Shown: positions 1 to 10,188 of the stretch, piece after piece | Numbering within the stretch: position 1 is the stretch's first letter | Layout of the letters: each line of letters opens with the position of its first letter | Assembly: GCA_900551115.1 (NCBI GenBank) | Contig: URUY01000014.1 | Span: 14,140 to 78,139 of the forward strand | Direction of reading: 5' to 3' | Source: an uncultured Lachnospiraceae bacterium | GTDB taxonomy: Bacteria; Bacillota; Clostridia; Lachnospirales; Lachnospiraceae | Length of the DNA stretch: 64,000 nt | Translations under genes and position numbers: made by a program | Notes under the pieces: generated by a model | What the model was told of the DNA's origin: nothing | Seen by the model: only the letters and a program-made list of their open reading frames with translations | Databases searched by the model: none

Positions 1-494
1 ACAATGTCATACAGGCGTTCCTTCAGCTTATCCATATACAGCAGATCTCCCATCCGAAGCGCTTTTTTCATATACTTATCCGCATAAACCGGAGAAATCC
101 CTCTTCTGGTAGAACCAAACTTCTTATCCAGCAGCCGGTCCTCCTCCAGACAATCAAGCAATTTATGATAGGGCATGCAGATAGTTGCCCTGTCACTGAT
201 TTTTAAGTGTTCCTTTGTGACGGCAATGCCTTTTTCTTTCAGCTTCTCTGCCTCGCCGTACAAATGCTCCAAATCAATTACCATTCCCGGTCCTAATATA
301 TTCACTGTTTTTTCTCTGCATATACCGGAGGGCATCAGATTCATAACAAACTTCCCTCTTTCATTAATCACGGTATGCCCTGCATTGTTTCCGCCCTGAT
401 AACGTACCACAATATCATATTTTTCACTTAAAAGGTCAACCATACGGCCTTTTCCTTCATCTCCCCAATTCGTTCCAACGATTGCTGTCAGCAT
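1..494 (-). CDS. purA: adenylosuccinate synthetase, N-terminal part (gene runs off window start)
   Basis: Minus-strand translation MLTAIVGTNWGDEGKGRMVDLL...GGNNAGHTV matches the PurA P-loop/GDP-binding N-terminus. ATG at 492-494 is preceded by AAGGAGAGAG RBS. Not in ORF track because truncated. Confidence 0.85.
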   Translation of the reverse strand, partial: MLTAIVGTNWGDEGKGRMVDLLSEKYDIVVRYQGGNNAGHTVINERGKFVMNLMPSGICREKTVNILGPGMVIDLEHLYGEAEKLKEKGIAVTKEHLKISDRATICMPYHKLLDCLEEDRLLDKKFGSTRRGISPVYADKYMKKALRMGDLLYMDKLKERLYDI

Positions 495-508
495 ATTTTC
501 TCTCTCCT

Positions 509-1942
509 TTAGACATTAATTTCTGCGTCAACACCGGTACGGCTGCTTTCCTTAAGCATAGGCAATACGGTTTCTGAAATGTACCTTTCGCACTGATGCT
601 CTGCCATACCTGTAAACTTTAAGGGATTCAAAAGCGTTTTCATTTCCTCCTCACTTAAATGAAAGCTTTCATCCGCCCGGATTCGCTCAAGCAGGTCATT
701 CTCTTTTCCATACAGCTTCACCTGTTCTGCCGCTTTTACGGCGTGTCTGCGAATTGCTTCATGCAGCACCTGTCTGTCGCCGCCCTTTTCCTTTACGCAG
801 TACATCAGGATATTTTCTGTAGCCATAAAAGGAAGCTCTTCCTCTAAATGTTTTTTTATGACTGCCGGATATACCTTCATGCCCCGCACAATATTGATAT
901 ACAGATTTAAAACGGCATCCGTTGCCAGAAATGCCTCCGGTACGGAAAGCCTTTTATTCGCCGAATCATCCAGGGTTCTTTCAAACCATTGGGCTGAGGC
1001 CGTAATTGCCGTATTCTGCAAATCACATATGACATATCTGGAAAGAGAGGCTATTCTTTCACTTCTCATGGGATTTCTTTTGTAGGCCATTGCGGAAGAG
1101 CCTATCTGCTTTTCTTCAAATGGCTCGTCAACCTCCTTCAAATGACTGAGCAGCCTGATATCATTTGAAAATTTGGCTGCACTTTGCGCAATCCCCGAAA
1201 GAACCTGTAAAACAGCAAAATCAGCTTTTCTTGTATAGGTCTGTCCGCTGACGCTTTGACATTTAGAAAAGCCGATTTTTTCCGCTATCTTCTGCTCTAA
1301 CAGCACCACCTTTTCTTCATCGCCCTCAAACAGTTCCAAAAAACTGGCGCCGGTCCCTGTAGTTCCCTTGCAGCCTAACAGCTTTAAATTATGTAACTGA
1401 AAATTGATTTGCTCCAAATCAAATATAAGGTCATTTATCCAAAGACAGGCACGTTTCCCCACGGTAGTCGGCTGCGCTGCCTGAAAATGAGTAAAACCAA
1501 GCGTCGGAAGGGCTTTGTAACGCATTGCAAAGTCACTGAGCGCTTCCACTGCATTCAATAAAAGATTCTTAATCTGTAATAACGCTTCATGCATCAGGAT
1601 AACATCCGTATTATCACCTACATAACAGGAGGTCGCCCCCAAATGGATAATACCGGCAGCCTTAGGGCAGGCATCTCCAAAGGTACGCACATGAGCCATC
1701 ACATCATGTCGCAGCTCCTTTTCATACTCTGCTGCTTTTTCATAATCAATATGCGCCGCATGCAGCTTCATTTCTTCTATCTGTTCCTCTGTTATGGGAA
1801 GTCCCAATTCCTTTTCGCTTTCAGCAAGAGCTATCCACAGCTTTCTCCATGTATAAAATTTCTTATCGCTTGAAAAAATATGCTGCATCTTTTTGCTTGC
1901 ATAACGCTCACAAAGAGGTGATTCATAAATGTCTGTTCTCAT
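509..1942 (-). CDS. purB: adenylosuccinate lyase
   Basis: 477 aa ORF with a typical PurB/fumarate-lyase family sequence. ATG start has a GGAGGAAG RBS and overlaps the purC stop (ATGA), indicating operon coupling. Confidence 0.9.
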   Translation of the reverse strand: MRTDIYESPLCERYASKKMQHIFSSDKKFYTWRKLWIALAESEKELGLPITEEQIEEMKLHAAHIDYEKAAEYEKELRHDVMAHVRTFGDACPKAAGIIHLGATSCYVGDNTDVILMHEALLQIKNLLLNAVEALSDFAMRYKALPTLGFTHFQAAQPTTVGKRACLWINDLIFDLEQINFQLHNLKLLGCKGTTGTGASFLELFEGDEEKVVLLEQKIAEKIGFSKCQSVSGQTYTRKADFAVLQVLSGIAQSAAKFSNDIRLLSHLKEVDEPFEEKQIGSSAMAYKRNPMRSERIASLSRYVICDLQNTAITASAQWFERTLDDSANKRLSVPEAFLATDAVLNLYINIVRGMKVYPAVIKKHLEEELPFMATENILMYCVKEKGGDRQVLHEAIRRHAVKAAEQVKLYGKENDLLERIRADESFHLSEEEMKTLLNPLKFTGMAEHQCERYISETVLPMLKESSRTGVDAEINV

Positions 1943-2664
1943 TCTCCTGCTTCCTCCATCTTCAGTCCGATTCTTTTTGCCACAGCTATGTATGCCTCTT
2001 CCACGTTTCCCAAATCTCTCCTGAACCTGTCCTTATCCATCTTCTCATTGGTTTCCGCATCCCAAAGCCTGCATGTATCCGGGGATATCTCATCTGCCAA
2101 AATGATTTTTCCCTGAAAACGTCCGAATTCAATCTTAAAATCTATCAGCTTCAGGCCTGCTTTTAAAAACTCCGCTTTTAAAAGCTCATTTATCCGGAAT
2201 GCATATTCCTTAATGGTTTCCAATTCCTCTGCAGTGGCAAGCCCAAGCGCCTTTGCAAAATAGCTGTTGATAAGAGGGTCTGAAAGTTCGTCATTTTTAT
2301 AAGAAAACTCTATGGTTGGTTCAGAAAATGCAAGACCTTCCTCAACCCCCAGCCGCTTGGAAAAGCTTCCTGCCGCCGCGTTCCTCACAATTACCTCCAG
2401 CGGTACAATTGTCACTCTTTTCACAGCAGTCTCCCTGTCATTCAGCTCCTTGATAAAATGGGTGGGAATTCCGTTCTCCTGCAATATTTGAAACAAGTAA
2501 TTGGTCATGCGGTTATTGATTGCACCTTTTCCCGCAATCCTGCCTTTTTTCAGACCGTTAAAGGCCGTTGCATCATCCTTGTAGGAAACAATGAGTACCT
2601 CCTCATCTTCTGTTAAAAAAACCTTCTTTGCCTTGCCTTCATAAAGCTGTTCACCTTTTTTCAT
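1939..2664 (-). CDS. purC: phosphoribosylaminoimidazole-succinocarboxamide (SAICAR) synthase
   Basis: SAICAR synthetase family sequence (…YEGKAKKVF…VIVRN…). Start moved from the ORF-track start to internal ATG (MKKGEQLYEGKAKKV) at 2664, which has a GGATGAGGAG RBS 7 nt upstream. Confidence 0.85.
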   Translation of the reverse strand: MKKGEQLYEGKAKKVFLTEDEEVLIVSYKDDATAFNGLKKGRIAGKGAINNRMTNYLFQILQENGIPTHFIKELNDRETAVKRVTIVPLEVIVRNAAAGSFSKRLGVEEGLAFSEPTIEFSYKNDELSDPLINSYFAKALGLATAEELETIKEYAFRINELLKAEFLKAGLKLIDFKIEFGRFQGKIILADEISPDTCRLWDAETNEKMDKDRFRRDLGNVEEAYIAVAKRIGLKMEEAGE

Positions 2665-2704
2665 CTCTGACTCCTCATCCCTTTTTTTAATAATTCTTAA
2701 CAGC

Positions 2705-2760
2705 ACAAAAAAAGACAAAGGGTCTCTAAGAAAAATTTCTTAAAGACGCCTTTGCCTTTA
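2705..2760 (-). promoter_or_regulatory. leader attenuator: conserved P1 hairpin (AAAGGC-AAAGGC-GUCUUU, hexaloop A1/G4) overlapping a long intrinsic terminator + U7
   Basis: mRNA sense UAAAGGCAAAGGCGUCUUUAAGAAAUUUUUCUUAGAGACCCUUUGUCUUUUUUUG. The 5' 18 nt form a 6-bp stem with a hexaloop. An alternative >20-bp hairpin followed by U7 reuses the P1 3' arm. Confidence 0.6.
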
Positions 2761-2767
2761 CCCGAGT

Positions 2768-2796
2768 ATAGTACACCTATACGGTATAAATGTCAA
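2768..2796 (-). promoter_or_regulatory. sigma-A type promoter (TTGACA-17-TACTAT) driving the purC leader
   Basis: Minus-strand TTGACAtttataccgtataggtgTACTAT. Predicted TSS about 7 nt downstream, immediately before the conserved P1 hairpin. Confidence 0.6.
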
Positions 2797-2878
2797 TGTC
2801 TTTTCATGAATTTGCATCTTATTGCGGTATAAAATTTTCAGGTCATGATATATGCTTTGCTTTTACCTGTATTGCCTG

Positions 2879-4459
2879 TTACTTCCCGCTATCTCCATAA
2901 TTTGACAATACCCGTGCAGACGGGTCGTTTACATTGCATCCTTCCCATTCTTTATTTGGCATCCAGAAATCAATTATCATTTCCGCCTGTCCCGGATAGT
3001 ATTTTTCAAAAATTTCGCGATATGCCAGGGATTCTTTTGTAAATGGCCTTGCAAAATCATATTTCTTACATCCCTCCTCAAATTCCTCATCCGAGTACAG
3101 CTTCTCCGCATAGTCTTTCAAATAGTCCACCATAGAGTGTCCTACTGCATCCGAAAATGCCGCTTTTTCCCGATAAAGTATTTCATCAGGGAGATAATCA
3201 CCCTTGAACGCATATCTTAACAAATATTTTCCTTTCCCATAGATATTACGTTTTTTCTCCGGGTCGATTGCCATAACATACTTCACAAAATCCAAATCCC
3301 CGAACGGTACTCTTGCTTCCAGGGAATTTACAGATATGCACCTGTCAGCTCTCAGTACATCATACATATGCAATTCCCTGATTCTTTTACAGGCTTCCTT
3401 TTGAAAGGCTTCTGCGTCCGGTGCAAAATCAGTATATTTATATCCGAATAATTCATCTGAAATTTCACCGGTCAATATTACCCTGATATCCGTAGATTCG
3501 TGGATTGCCTTACAAATAAGATACATACCCATACTTGCCCGTATTGTTGTAATGTCATAGGTTCCGAGCAATGCAATGACTGTTTCCAGTGCTGAAAGCA
3601 CATCCTCTTTCGTGATGATAACCTCGGTATGCTCACTGCCGATATAGTCCGCTACCTGCTTTGCATACTTTAAATCAATGGCATCCTCGCTCATTCCGAT
3701 TGCAAATGTCTTAATCGGCTCTTTGCTCTTCTTTGCAGCAATCGCACATACCAGCGAGGAATCCAGTCCGCCGGAAAGTAAAAATCCAACCTTTGCATCT
3801 GCTACCAGTCTCTTTTCCACACCGGCAACAAGCTTATCATGTATGTTTTTGCATATCGTTTCCAAATCATCACAAATCACTTCATCTACCCGGGTCATAT
3901 CTCTGTAACAAATGAACTTTCCGGCTTTATAATAATGTCCCGGCGGGAACGGCATTACCTTATCCACTAGCTGCACCAGGTTTTTAGGCTCACTTGCAAA
4001 ACAGATGACTCCGTTCCTGTCATACCCGTAATACAAAGGCCTGATGCCAATCGGATCCCTTGCCGCAATGTATTCTCCGCTTTCACCATCATATACTATC
4101 AATGCATATTCTGCATCGAGCATGGAAAACATTTTTATTCCATACTCTCTGTACAGCGGTAACAGAATCTCGCAGTCGCTGTCGCTTTTAAATGAATAGC
4201 CCTTTTGCGTAAGCTGCTTTTTTAAGCCTTCAAATCCATAGATTTCTCCGTTACATACTATATAACTGCCATCAAGCTCAAACGGTTGCATTCCTTCCTC
4301 TGTAAGCCCCATAATAGCAAGTCTGTGAAAGCCTAAAAAGCCTTTGCCTGTATCGATAATCCTGGAATCATCAGGACCTCTTGAAATTGTTTTTTCAAAC
4401 CCCTTCTTAAATAACTCCAAAGTGGCGCCATGACCACAAAATCCCATAATAGAACACAT
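2879..4459 (-). CDS. asnB: asparagine synthase (glutamine-hydrolysing)
   Basis: 526 aa. N-terminal MCS… (Ntn amidotransferase Cys2). SGGLDSS PP-loop motif. ATG with GGAGGA RBS. Confidence 0.9.
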   Translation of the reverse strand: MCSIMGFCGHGATLELFKKGFEKTISRGPDDSRIIDTGKGFLGFHRLAIMGLTEEGMQPFELDGSYIVCNGEIYGFEGLKKQLTQKGYSFKSDSDCEILLPLYREYGIKMFSMLDAEYALIVYDGESGEYIAARDPIGIRPLYYGYDRNGVICFASEPKNLVQLVDKVMPFPPGHYYKAGKFICYRDMTRVDEVICDDLETICKNIHDKLVAGVEKRLVADAKVGFLLSGGLDSSLVCAIAAKKSKEPIKTFAIGMSEDAIDLKYAKQVADYIGSEHTEVIITKEDVLSALETVIALLGTYDITTIRASMGMYLICKAIHESTDIRVILTGEISDELFGYKYTDFAPDAEAFQKEACKRIRELHMYDVLRADRCISVNSLEARVPFGDLDFVKYVMAIDPEKKRNIYGKGKYLLRYAFKGDYLPDEILYREKAAFSDAVGHSMVDYLKDYAEKLYSDEEFEEGCKKYDFARPFTKESLAYREIFEKYYPGQAEMIIDFWMPNKEWEGCNVNDPSARVLSNYGDSGK

Positions 4460-4579
4460 GTCTTTATCCTCCGGCTTACATAATCAGGGCAAGTGCTGTT
4501 CTCACAATCCCACCATCCTGTACTCGCTGTCAGCGATTTCCTACACTGCTTCTCTTTTTTCAAACGCTTTTCTGTTTCA

Positions 4580-6310
4580 TTATTCCACATCCTGAAGGGC
4601 ATCATATCCCTCTTCACCGGTACGCACCTTCACAACATTTTCCACATCATATACAAATATCTTACCGTCTCCGATGTGTCCGGTATAAAGAACCTTCTTT
4701 GCCGTTTCGATTACCTTTCTTACAGGCACCTTACTTACAACAATATCAACCTGTACCTTAGGAAGAAGGTTTGTCTCTACAGGTGCGCCACGATAATATT
4801 CCGGCTTACCCTTCTGCACTCCGCAGCCAACTACATGGGATACCGTCATACCTGTAATTCCAAGTTCGCTCATGGATTTCTTCAGAGCCTCCAGCTTAGC
4901 TTCCTTACAGATAATCTGCACTTTGCTGAGTTTGGGAATACCTTCTGTTTTTTCAGTTTCTTTCTTCACAGGAACAGCCTCTGACATCGTATCTTCCTCA
5001 ACCGGATTAGAAACAGCAGCTTCCGCATCCTCAGTATATTTCTCCATAGAGATTACAAAATCAGGATAAGCCATATTTCCATGTTCACCGATATCCAAAC
5101 CGGCAATCTCTTCTTCTGCTGATACTCTGATTCCGACAGTCGCCTTGAGTGCCAGCCATACAAGGGAAGAAGTAATAAATGCAAACGCACCAACAGCTAC
5201 AATACCGACCAGTTCTACTAAAAGAAGCTCAGCTCCGCCACCGTAGAACAAACCATTTCTTGTTGAAAGAGTTGTAACCCCTTCTTTTGCAAACAAACCA
5301 ACACAAATTGTACCAAAGACGCCACAGCACAGATGTACGCTTGTCGCACCAACGGGATCATCGACTTTAATCCGGTCAAAGAACATTACTGCAAATACTA
5401 CGATAACACCTGCAATTGCGCCGATAATCAGCGATGCCTCTACGGTAACATATGCGCAGCTTCCGGTTATTCCTACCAGTCCGGCCAGACATCCGTTTAT
5501 TGTCATGCCTAAATCCGGCTTTCCGAGGAAAATCCATGCAACTGCCGTTGATGTAACAACTGCTGCGATAGCAGAGGTATTTGTTGTCATCAGAATATGC
5601 ATAACATCTGCCGGGTTCTGAAAGCTCATGGTAGAACCGGGGTTAAAGCCAAACCATCCAAGCCAAAGCACAAATAAACCAATTACTGCCAATGACATAT
5701 TATGTCCCGGAATCGCACGAGGCTTTCCGTCCTTACCATACTTACCGATACGAGGTCCTAAAATCAACGCTCCTGACAAAGCTGCCCATCCACCAAGTGA
5801 ATGCACTACCGTATCACCTGCAAAATCCATAAATCCAAGATTGGCAAGCCAGCCGCCGCCCCATACCCAGTGTCCTATAACCGGATAAATGAATAAGGTG
5901 AGTACAAAGGAAAATATAATAAAGGAAATATATTTTACTCTTTCTGCAACTGCACCGGATACAATTGTTGCTGCAGTCCCGCAGAATACTAACTGAAAGA
6001 AGAATTTTCCCCAAAACGGTACATTGGAAGTCAATGTATTGTCATAAAAGGAATGGTCTTCTGTTCCGAGAATAAACAGGTGCTGTGTTCCTATAAATGG
6101 ATTATCACCGCCAAACATCAGTCCCCATCCCAGTAATATGAATCCCAAAGATGATACCGCAAATACAATAAAATTCTTTGACAGAATGTTTACCGTATTT
6201 TTTGACCTTGCCATACCTGCTTCTACGGAGGCAAAACCGAGATTCATGAAAAACACCAGGATTGCTGCAAGAAATACCCACACTGTATCGATAATCATTT
6301 CTACTGTCAT
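4580..6310 (-). CDS. amtB-glnK: ammonium transporter AmtB fused in frame to a C-terminal PII (GlnK/GlnB) domain
   Basis: N-terminal ~430 aa are an 11-TM Amt family sequence (…GGWLANLGFMDFAGDTVVH…). A ~50 aa acidic linker follows. The C-terminal ~105 aa are a PII fold (GITGMTVSHVVGCGVQKGKPEYYRGAP…IGDGKIFVYDVENVVKVRTGEEG). No stop separates the two. The ORF track begins at TTG 6319; the likely real ATG is at 6310 with a GGAAAGAGG RBS. Confidence 0.8.
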   Translation of the reverse strand: MTVEMIIDTVWVFLAAILVFFMNLGFASVEAGMARSKNTVNILSKNFIVFAVSSLGFILLGWGLMFGGDNPFIGTQHLFILGTEDHSFYDNTLTSNVPFWGKFFFQLVFCGTAATIVSGAVAERVKYISFIIFSFVLTLFIYPVIGHWVWGGGWLANLGFMDFAGDTVVHSLGGWAALSGALILGPRIGKYGKDGKPRAIPGHNMSLAVIGLFVLWLGWFGFNPGSTMSFQNPADVMHILMTTNTSAIAAVVTSTAVAWIFLGKPDLGMTINGCLAGLVGITGSCAYVTVEASLIIGAIAGVIVVFAVMFFDRIKVDDPVGATSVHLCCGVFGTICVGLFAKEGVTTLSTRNGLFYGGGAELLLVELVGIVAVGAFAFITSSLVWLALKATVGIRVSAEEEIAGLDIGEHGNMAYPDFVISMEKYTEDAEAAVSNPVEEDTMSEAVPVKKETEKTEGIPKLSKVQIICKEAKLEALKKSMSELGITGMTVSHVVGCGVQKGKPEYYRGAPVETNLLPKVQVDIVVSKVPVRKVIETAKKVLYTGHIGDGKIFVYDVENVVKVRTGEEGYDALQDVE

Positions 6311-6340
6311 ATTAATCAACCTCTTTCCTGTAATAAAATT

Positions 6341-8437
6341 TTATTTTACACCAAACAAAATTTCTCCGTAGGTCGGGAACGGCCAGTAGTCTGCTGCCGT
6401 AATTACCTCTGCCTCATCCGCTACAGCTCTAAGCTCCTGCATTTTCACAAGAACCTTGTCTCTGATGGCAGCTGCTTCTTCCAAAATACCATTCGTCTCC
6501 TTCAGGCTCATAACTGCCTTTTCCAATTCCGATATCTTTGTATCAATCTGCTCGGCAATTACGGAAAGCTTTGAAACCATTTTCTTTTCATAGGTACATG
6601 TAATGTCACCTGAAAGCGACTTCTTTGCAACAGCCACATTTGCCAGTTCTAAAGCATAGCCCTCTACAGCAGGCAGAATCTGTTTTCTTGCCATATCCAC
6701 CATTGTATTTGCTTCAATGGTGACTGACTTACAATAGTTCTCAAGCATAATATCACATCTTGATTTAAGCTCTGCTTTGGTAAATACCTTATGTTCTGTG
6801 AGCATCTTCACATTCTTCTCATCCAATAGATGCGGCATACAGTCTACCGTGGTACGATAATTCAACAAGCCTCTCTTCGTTGTGGCTTCCGTAATCCATG
6901 ACTCGTCATATCCGTTTCCGTTAAAGAGAATATGCTTATGGTCTTTGATGGTTTTACGAATCATTTCATGAAGCGCCGTTTCAAAGTCTTCCACACCTTC
7001 CAATCTGTCCGCATATACCTTCAGGCTTTCAGCAACTGCACTGTTTAACATAATATTTGCACAGGAAATGCTGTTGGATGAGCCAAGCATTCTGAACTCA
7101 AACTTATTTCCCGTAAAGGCAAACGGTGAAGTACGGTTACGGTCTGTATTATCTCTTGCAAACTTGGGTAATACATCAACTCCCAGCTTCATGGTAGTTG
7201 TTTCTGTACCCTTATAAGGTTCGTTCTTTTCAATGGCTTCCAGAATTGCAGTAAGCTCATCCCCAAGGAAAATGGATACCACTGCCGGAGGCGCCTCATT
7301 TGCTCCGAGTCTATGGTCATTACCTGCTGTTGCAACAGACAGTCTGAGTAAATCCTGATAAGTATCAACTGCCTTAATGACTGCACAAAGGAATAATAAG
7401 AACTGTGCATTTTCATAAGGTGTTTCGCCGGGTGAAAGAAGGTTTACACCTGCATCCGTTGCAATCGACCAGTTATTGTGCTTGCCGCTTCCGTTTACAC
7501 CTGCAAAAGGTTTTTCATGTAAGAGGCATACCAGACCATGCTTTGCAGCAATCTTCTGCATGATTTCCATTGTCAGCTGATTATGGTCTGCTGCAATGTT
7601 AGTAGTTGCATAAATCGGTGCCAGCTCATGCTGTGCAGGAGCAACCTCGTTATGCTCTGTTTTTGCCAGCACGCCGAGCTTCCACAGCTCCTCGTTTAAT
7701 TCTTCCATATATGCTGCCACTCTGGGCTTAATTACACCAAAGTAATGATCATCCAGTTCCTGTCCTTTGGGTGGCTTTGCACCAAAGAGCGTACGTCCTG
7801 TGAACATTAAATCCTTACGCTTTTCATACATTGCTTTGTCTACAAGGAAGTACTCCTGCTCAGGTCCTACCGATGTTCGGACACATTTCACTTCATCATT
7901 TCCAAATAAATGAAGGATTCGCAATGCCTGACGATTCAAAGCCTCCATAGAACGAAGTAACGGCGTTTTCTTATCCAATGCCTCTCCGCCATAAGAACAA
8001 AATGCAGTAGGGATACATAAGGTTTTACCTTTGATAAACGCATAAGAGGTAGGGTCCCATGCGGTATAGCCTCTTGCTTCAAAGGTAGCTCTTAACCCGC
8101 CCGAAGGGAATGAGGATGCATCCGGTTCTCCCTGAATCAATTCCTTACCGGAAAACTCCATTAATACTCCGCCATCCGGTGACGGAGAGATAAAGCTGTC
8201 ATGCTTTTCTGCCGTAATGCCGGTAAGCGGCTGAAACCAATGTGTATAATGTGTTGCGCCCTTATCAACTGCCCAGTTTTTCATTGCCTCTGCAACAGCA
8301 TTTGCTACAGATAAATCAAGGGTCGCTCCTTCATCAATCGTCTTTCTTAATGACTGATATACCTTTGCTGAAAGCTTTGCCTTCATTACTCTGTCATCAA
8401 ACACCAGGCATCCAAAATAATCATCAATTTTTTTCAT
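6341..8437 (-). CDS. glnN: glutamine synthetase type III
   Basis: ~700 aa GSIII-family sequence. Start set at internal ATG (MKKIDDYF) with AAGGAGG RBS 7 nt upstream. Only 30 nt separate its stop from amtB, so likely a glnN-amtB/glnK-asnB operon. Confidence 0.85.
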   Translation of the reverse strand: MKKIDDYFGCLVFDDRVMKAKLSAKVYQSLRKTIDEGATLDLSVANAVAEAMKNWAVDKGATHYTHWFQPLTGITAEKHDSFISPSPDGGVLMEFSGKELIQGEPDASSFPSGGLRATFEARGYTAWDPTSYAFIKGKTLCIPTAFCSYGGEALDKKTPLLRSMEALNRQALRILHLFGNDEVKCVRTSVGPEQEYFLVDKAMYEKRKDLMFTGRTLFGAKPPKGQELDDHYFGVIKPRVAAYMEELNEELWKLGVLAKTEHNEVAPAQHELAPIYATTNIAADHNQLTMEIMQKIAAKHGLVCLLHEKPFAGVNGSGKHNNWSIATDAGVNLLSPGETPYENAQFLLFLCAVIKAVDTYQDLLRLSVATAGNDHRLGANEAPPAVVSIFLGDELTAILEAIEKNEPYKGTETTTMKLGVDVLPKFARDNTDRNRTSPFAFTGNKFEFRMLGSSNSISCANIMLNSAVAESLKVYADRLEGVEDFETALHEMIRKTIKDHKHILFNGNGYDESWITEATTKRGLLNYRTTVDCMPHLLDEKNVKMLTEHKVFTKAELKSRCDIMLENYCKSVTIEANTMVDMARKQILPAVEGYALELANVAVAKKSLSGDITCTYEKKMVSKLSVIAEQIDTKISELEKAVMSLKETNGILEEAAAIRDKVLVKMQELRAVADEAEVITAADYWPFPTYGEILFGVK

Positions 8438-8443
8438 AACAAT

Positions 8444-8570
8444 CCTCCTTGTTTTTGCGAAGCAAAAATCCGAACCCCATGTGAGGAGAGGATTTGCCTC
8501 CTTGTTTTTGCGAAGCAAAAATCCGAACTCCCACGTGAGGAGAGGATTTGCCTCCTTGTTTTTGACTATC
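8444..8570 (-). repeat. tandem direct repeat, 2.3 copies of a ~53-nt module in the glnN 5'UTR
   Basis: CCTCCTTGTTTTTGCGAAGCAAAAATCCGAAC…GTGAGGAGAGGATTTGC repeated at 8444, 8497 and partially at 8551, with ~97% identity. In RNA sense each copy carries AAGGAGG paired to CCUCUCCU plus a UUUUUGC-UUC-GCAAAAA hairpin. Confidence 0.8.
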
Positions 8571-8571
8571 T

Positions 8572-8624
8572 ATAAGAGAAAAGCGCCTTTAATGTTTAAA
8601 AACATTAAAGACGCCATTGCCTTC
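8572..8624 (-). promoter_or_regulatory. leader attenuator upstream of glnN: P1 hairpin (GAAGGC-AAUGGC-GUCUUU) overlapping a 15-bp intrinsic terminator
   Basis: mRNA sense GAAGGCAAUGGCGUCUUUAAUGUUUUUAAACAUUAAAGGCGCUUUUCUCUU. Terminator stem GCGUCUUUAAUGUUU/AAACAUUAAAGGCGC followed by a U-tract. Confidence 0.6.
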
Positions 8625-8631
8625 TTCACTT

Positions 8632-10012
<1,381 letters not shown>

Positions 10013-10061
10013 TTATTTTGGGGTATTTTTTCTCCCTTGATTGTCAAGCTTTTATGGTAAT

Positions 10062-10116
10062 AACAAAAAGGGCAATGGGGCTCTAAGAATAAATTCTTAA
10101 AGACGCCATTGCCTTT
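10062..10116 (-). promoter_or_regulatory. leader attenuator upstream of gdhA: P1 hairpin (AAAGGC-AAUGGC-GUCUUU) overlapping an intrinsic terminator + U5
   Basis: mRNA sense AAAGGCAAUGGCGUCUUUAAGAAUUUAUUCUUAGAGCCCCAUUGCCCUUUUUGUU. The GGCAAUGG/CCAUUGCC and CUUUAAGAA/UUCUUAGAG stems covary relative to the other copies. Confidence 0.65.
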
Positions 10117-10125
10117 ATGTTGTCG

Positions 10126-10154
10126 ATAATACACCTAACAAAAATCATTGTCAA
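10126..10154 (-). promoter_or_regulatory. sigma-A type promoter (TTGACA-17-TATTAT) for the gdhA leader
   Basis: Minus-strand TTGACAatgatttttgttaggtgTATTAT. TSS predicted 2-3 nt before P1. Confidence 0.65.
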
Positions 10155-10188
10155 TATGTTTTTTTAGTTTTTCTTCCCGGTTTTTAAT

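Noticed and set aside
2665-2878. Purine (G-box) or glutamine riboswitch upstream of purC; T-box upstream of nitrogen genes
   Set aside because: I found none of the conserved cores of these RNA families. The leader is instead explained by the P1/terminator module shared with gdhA, gltB and glnN.
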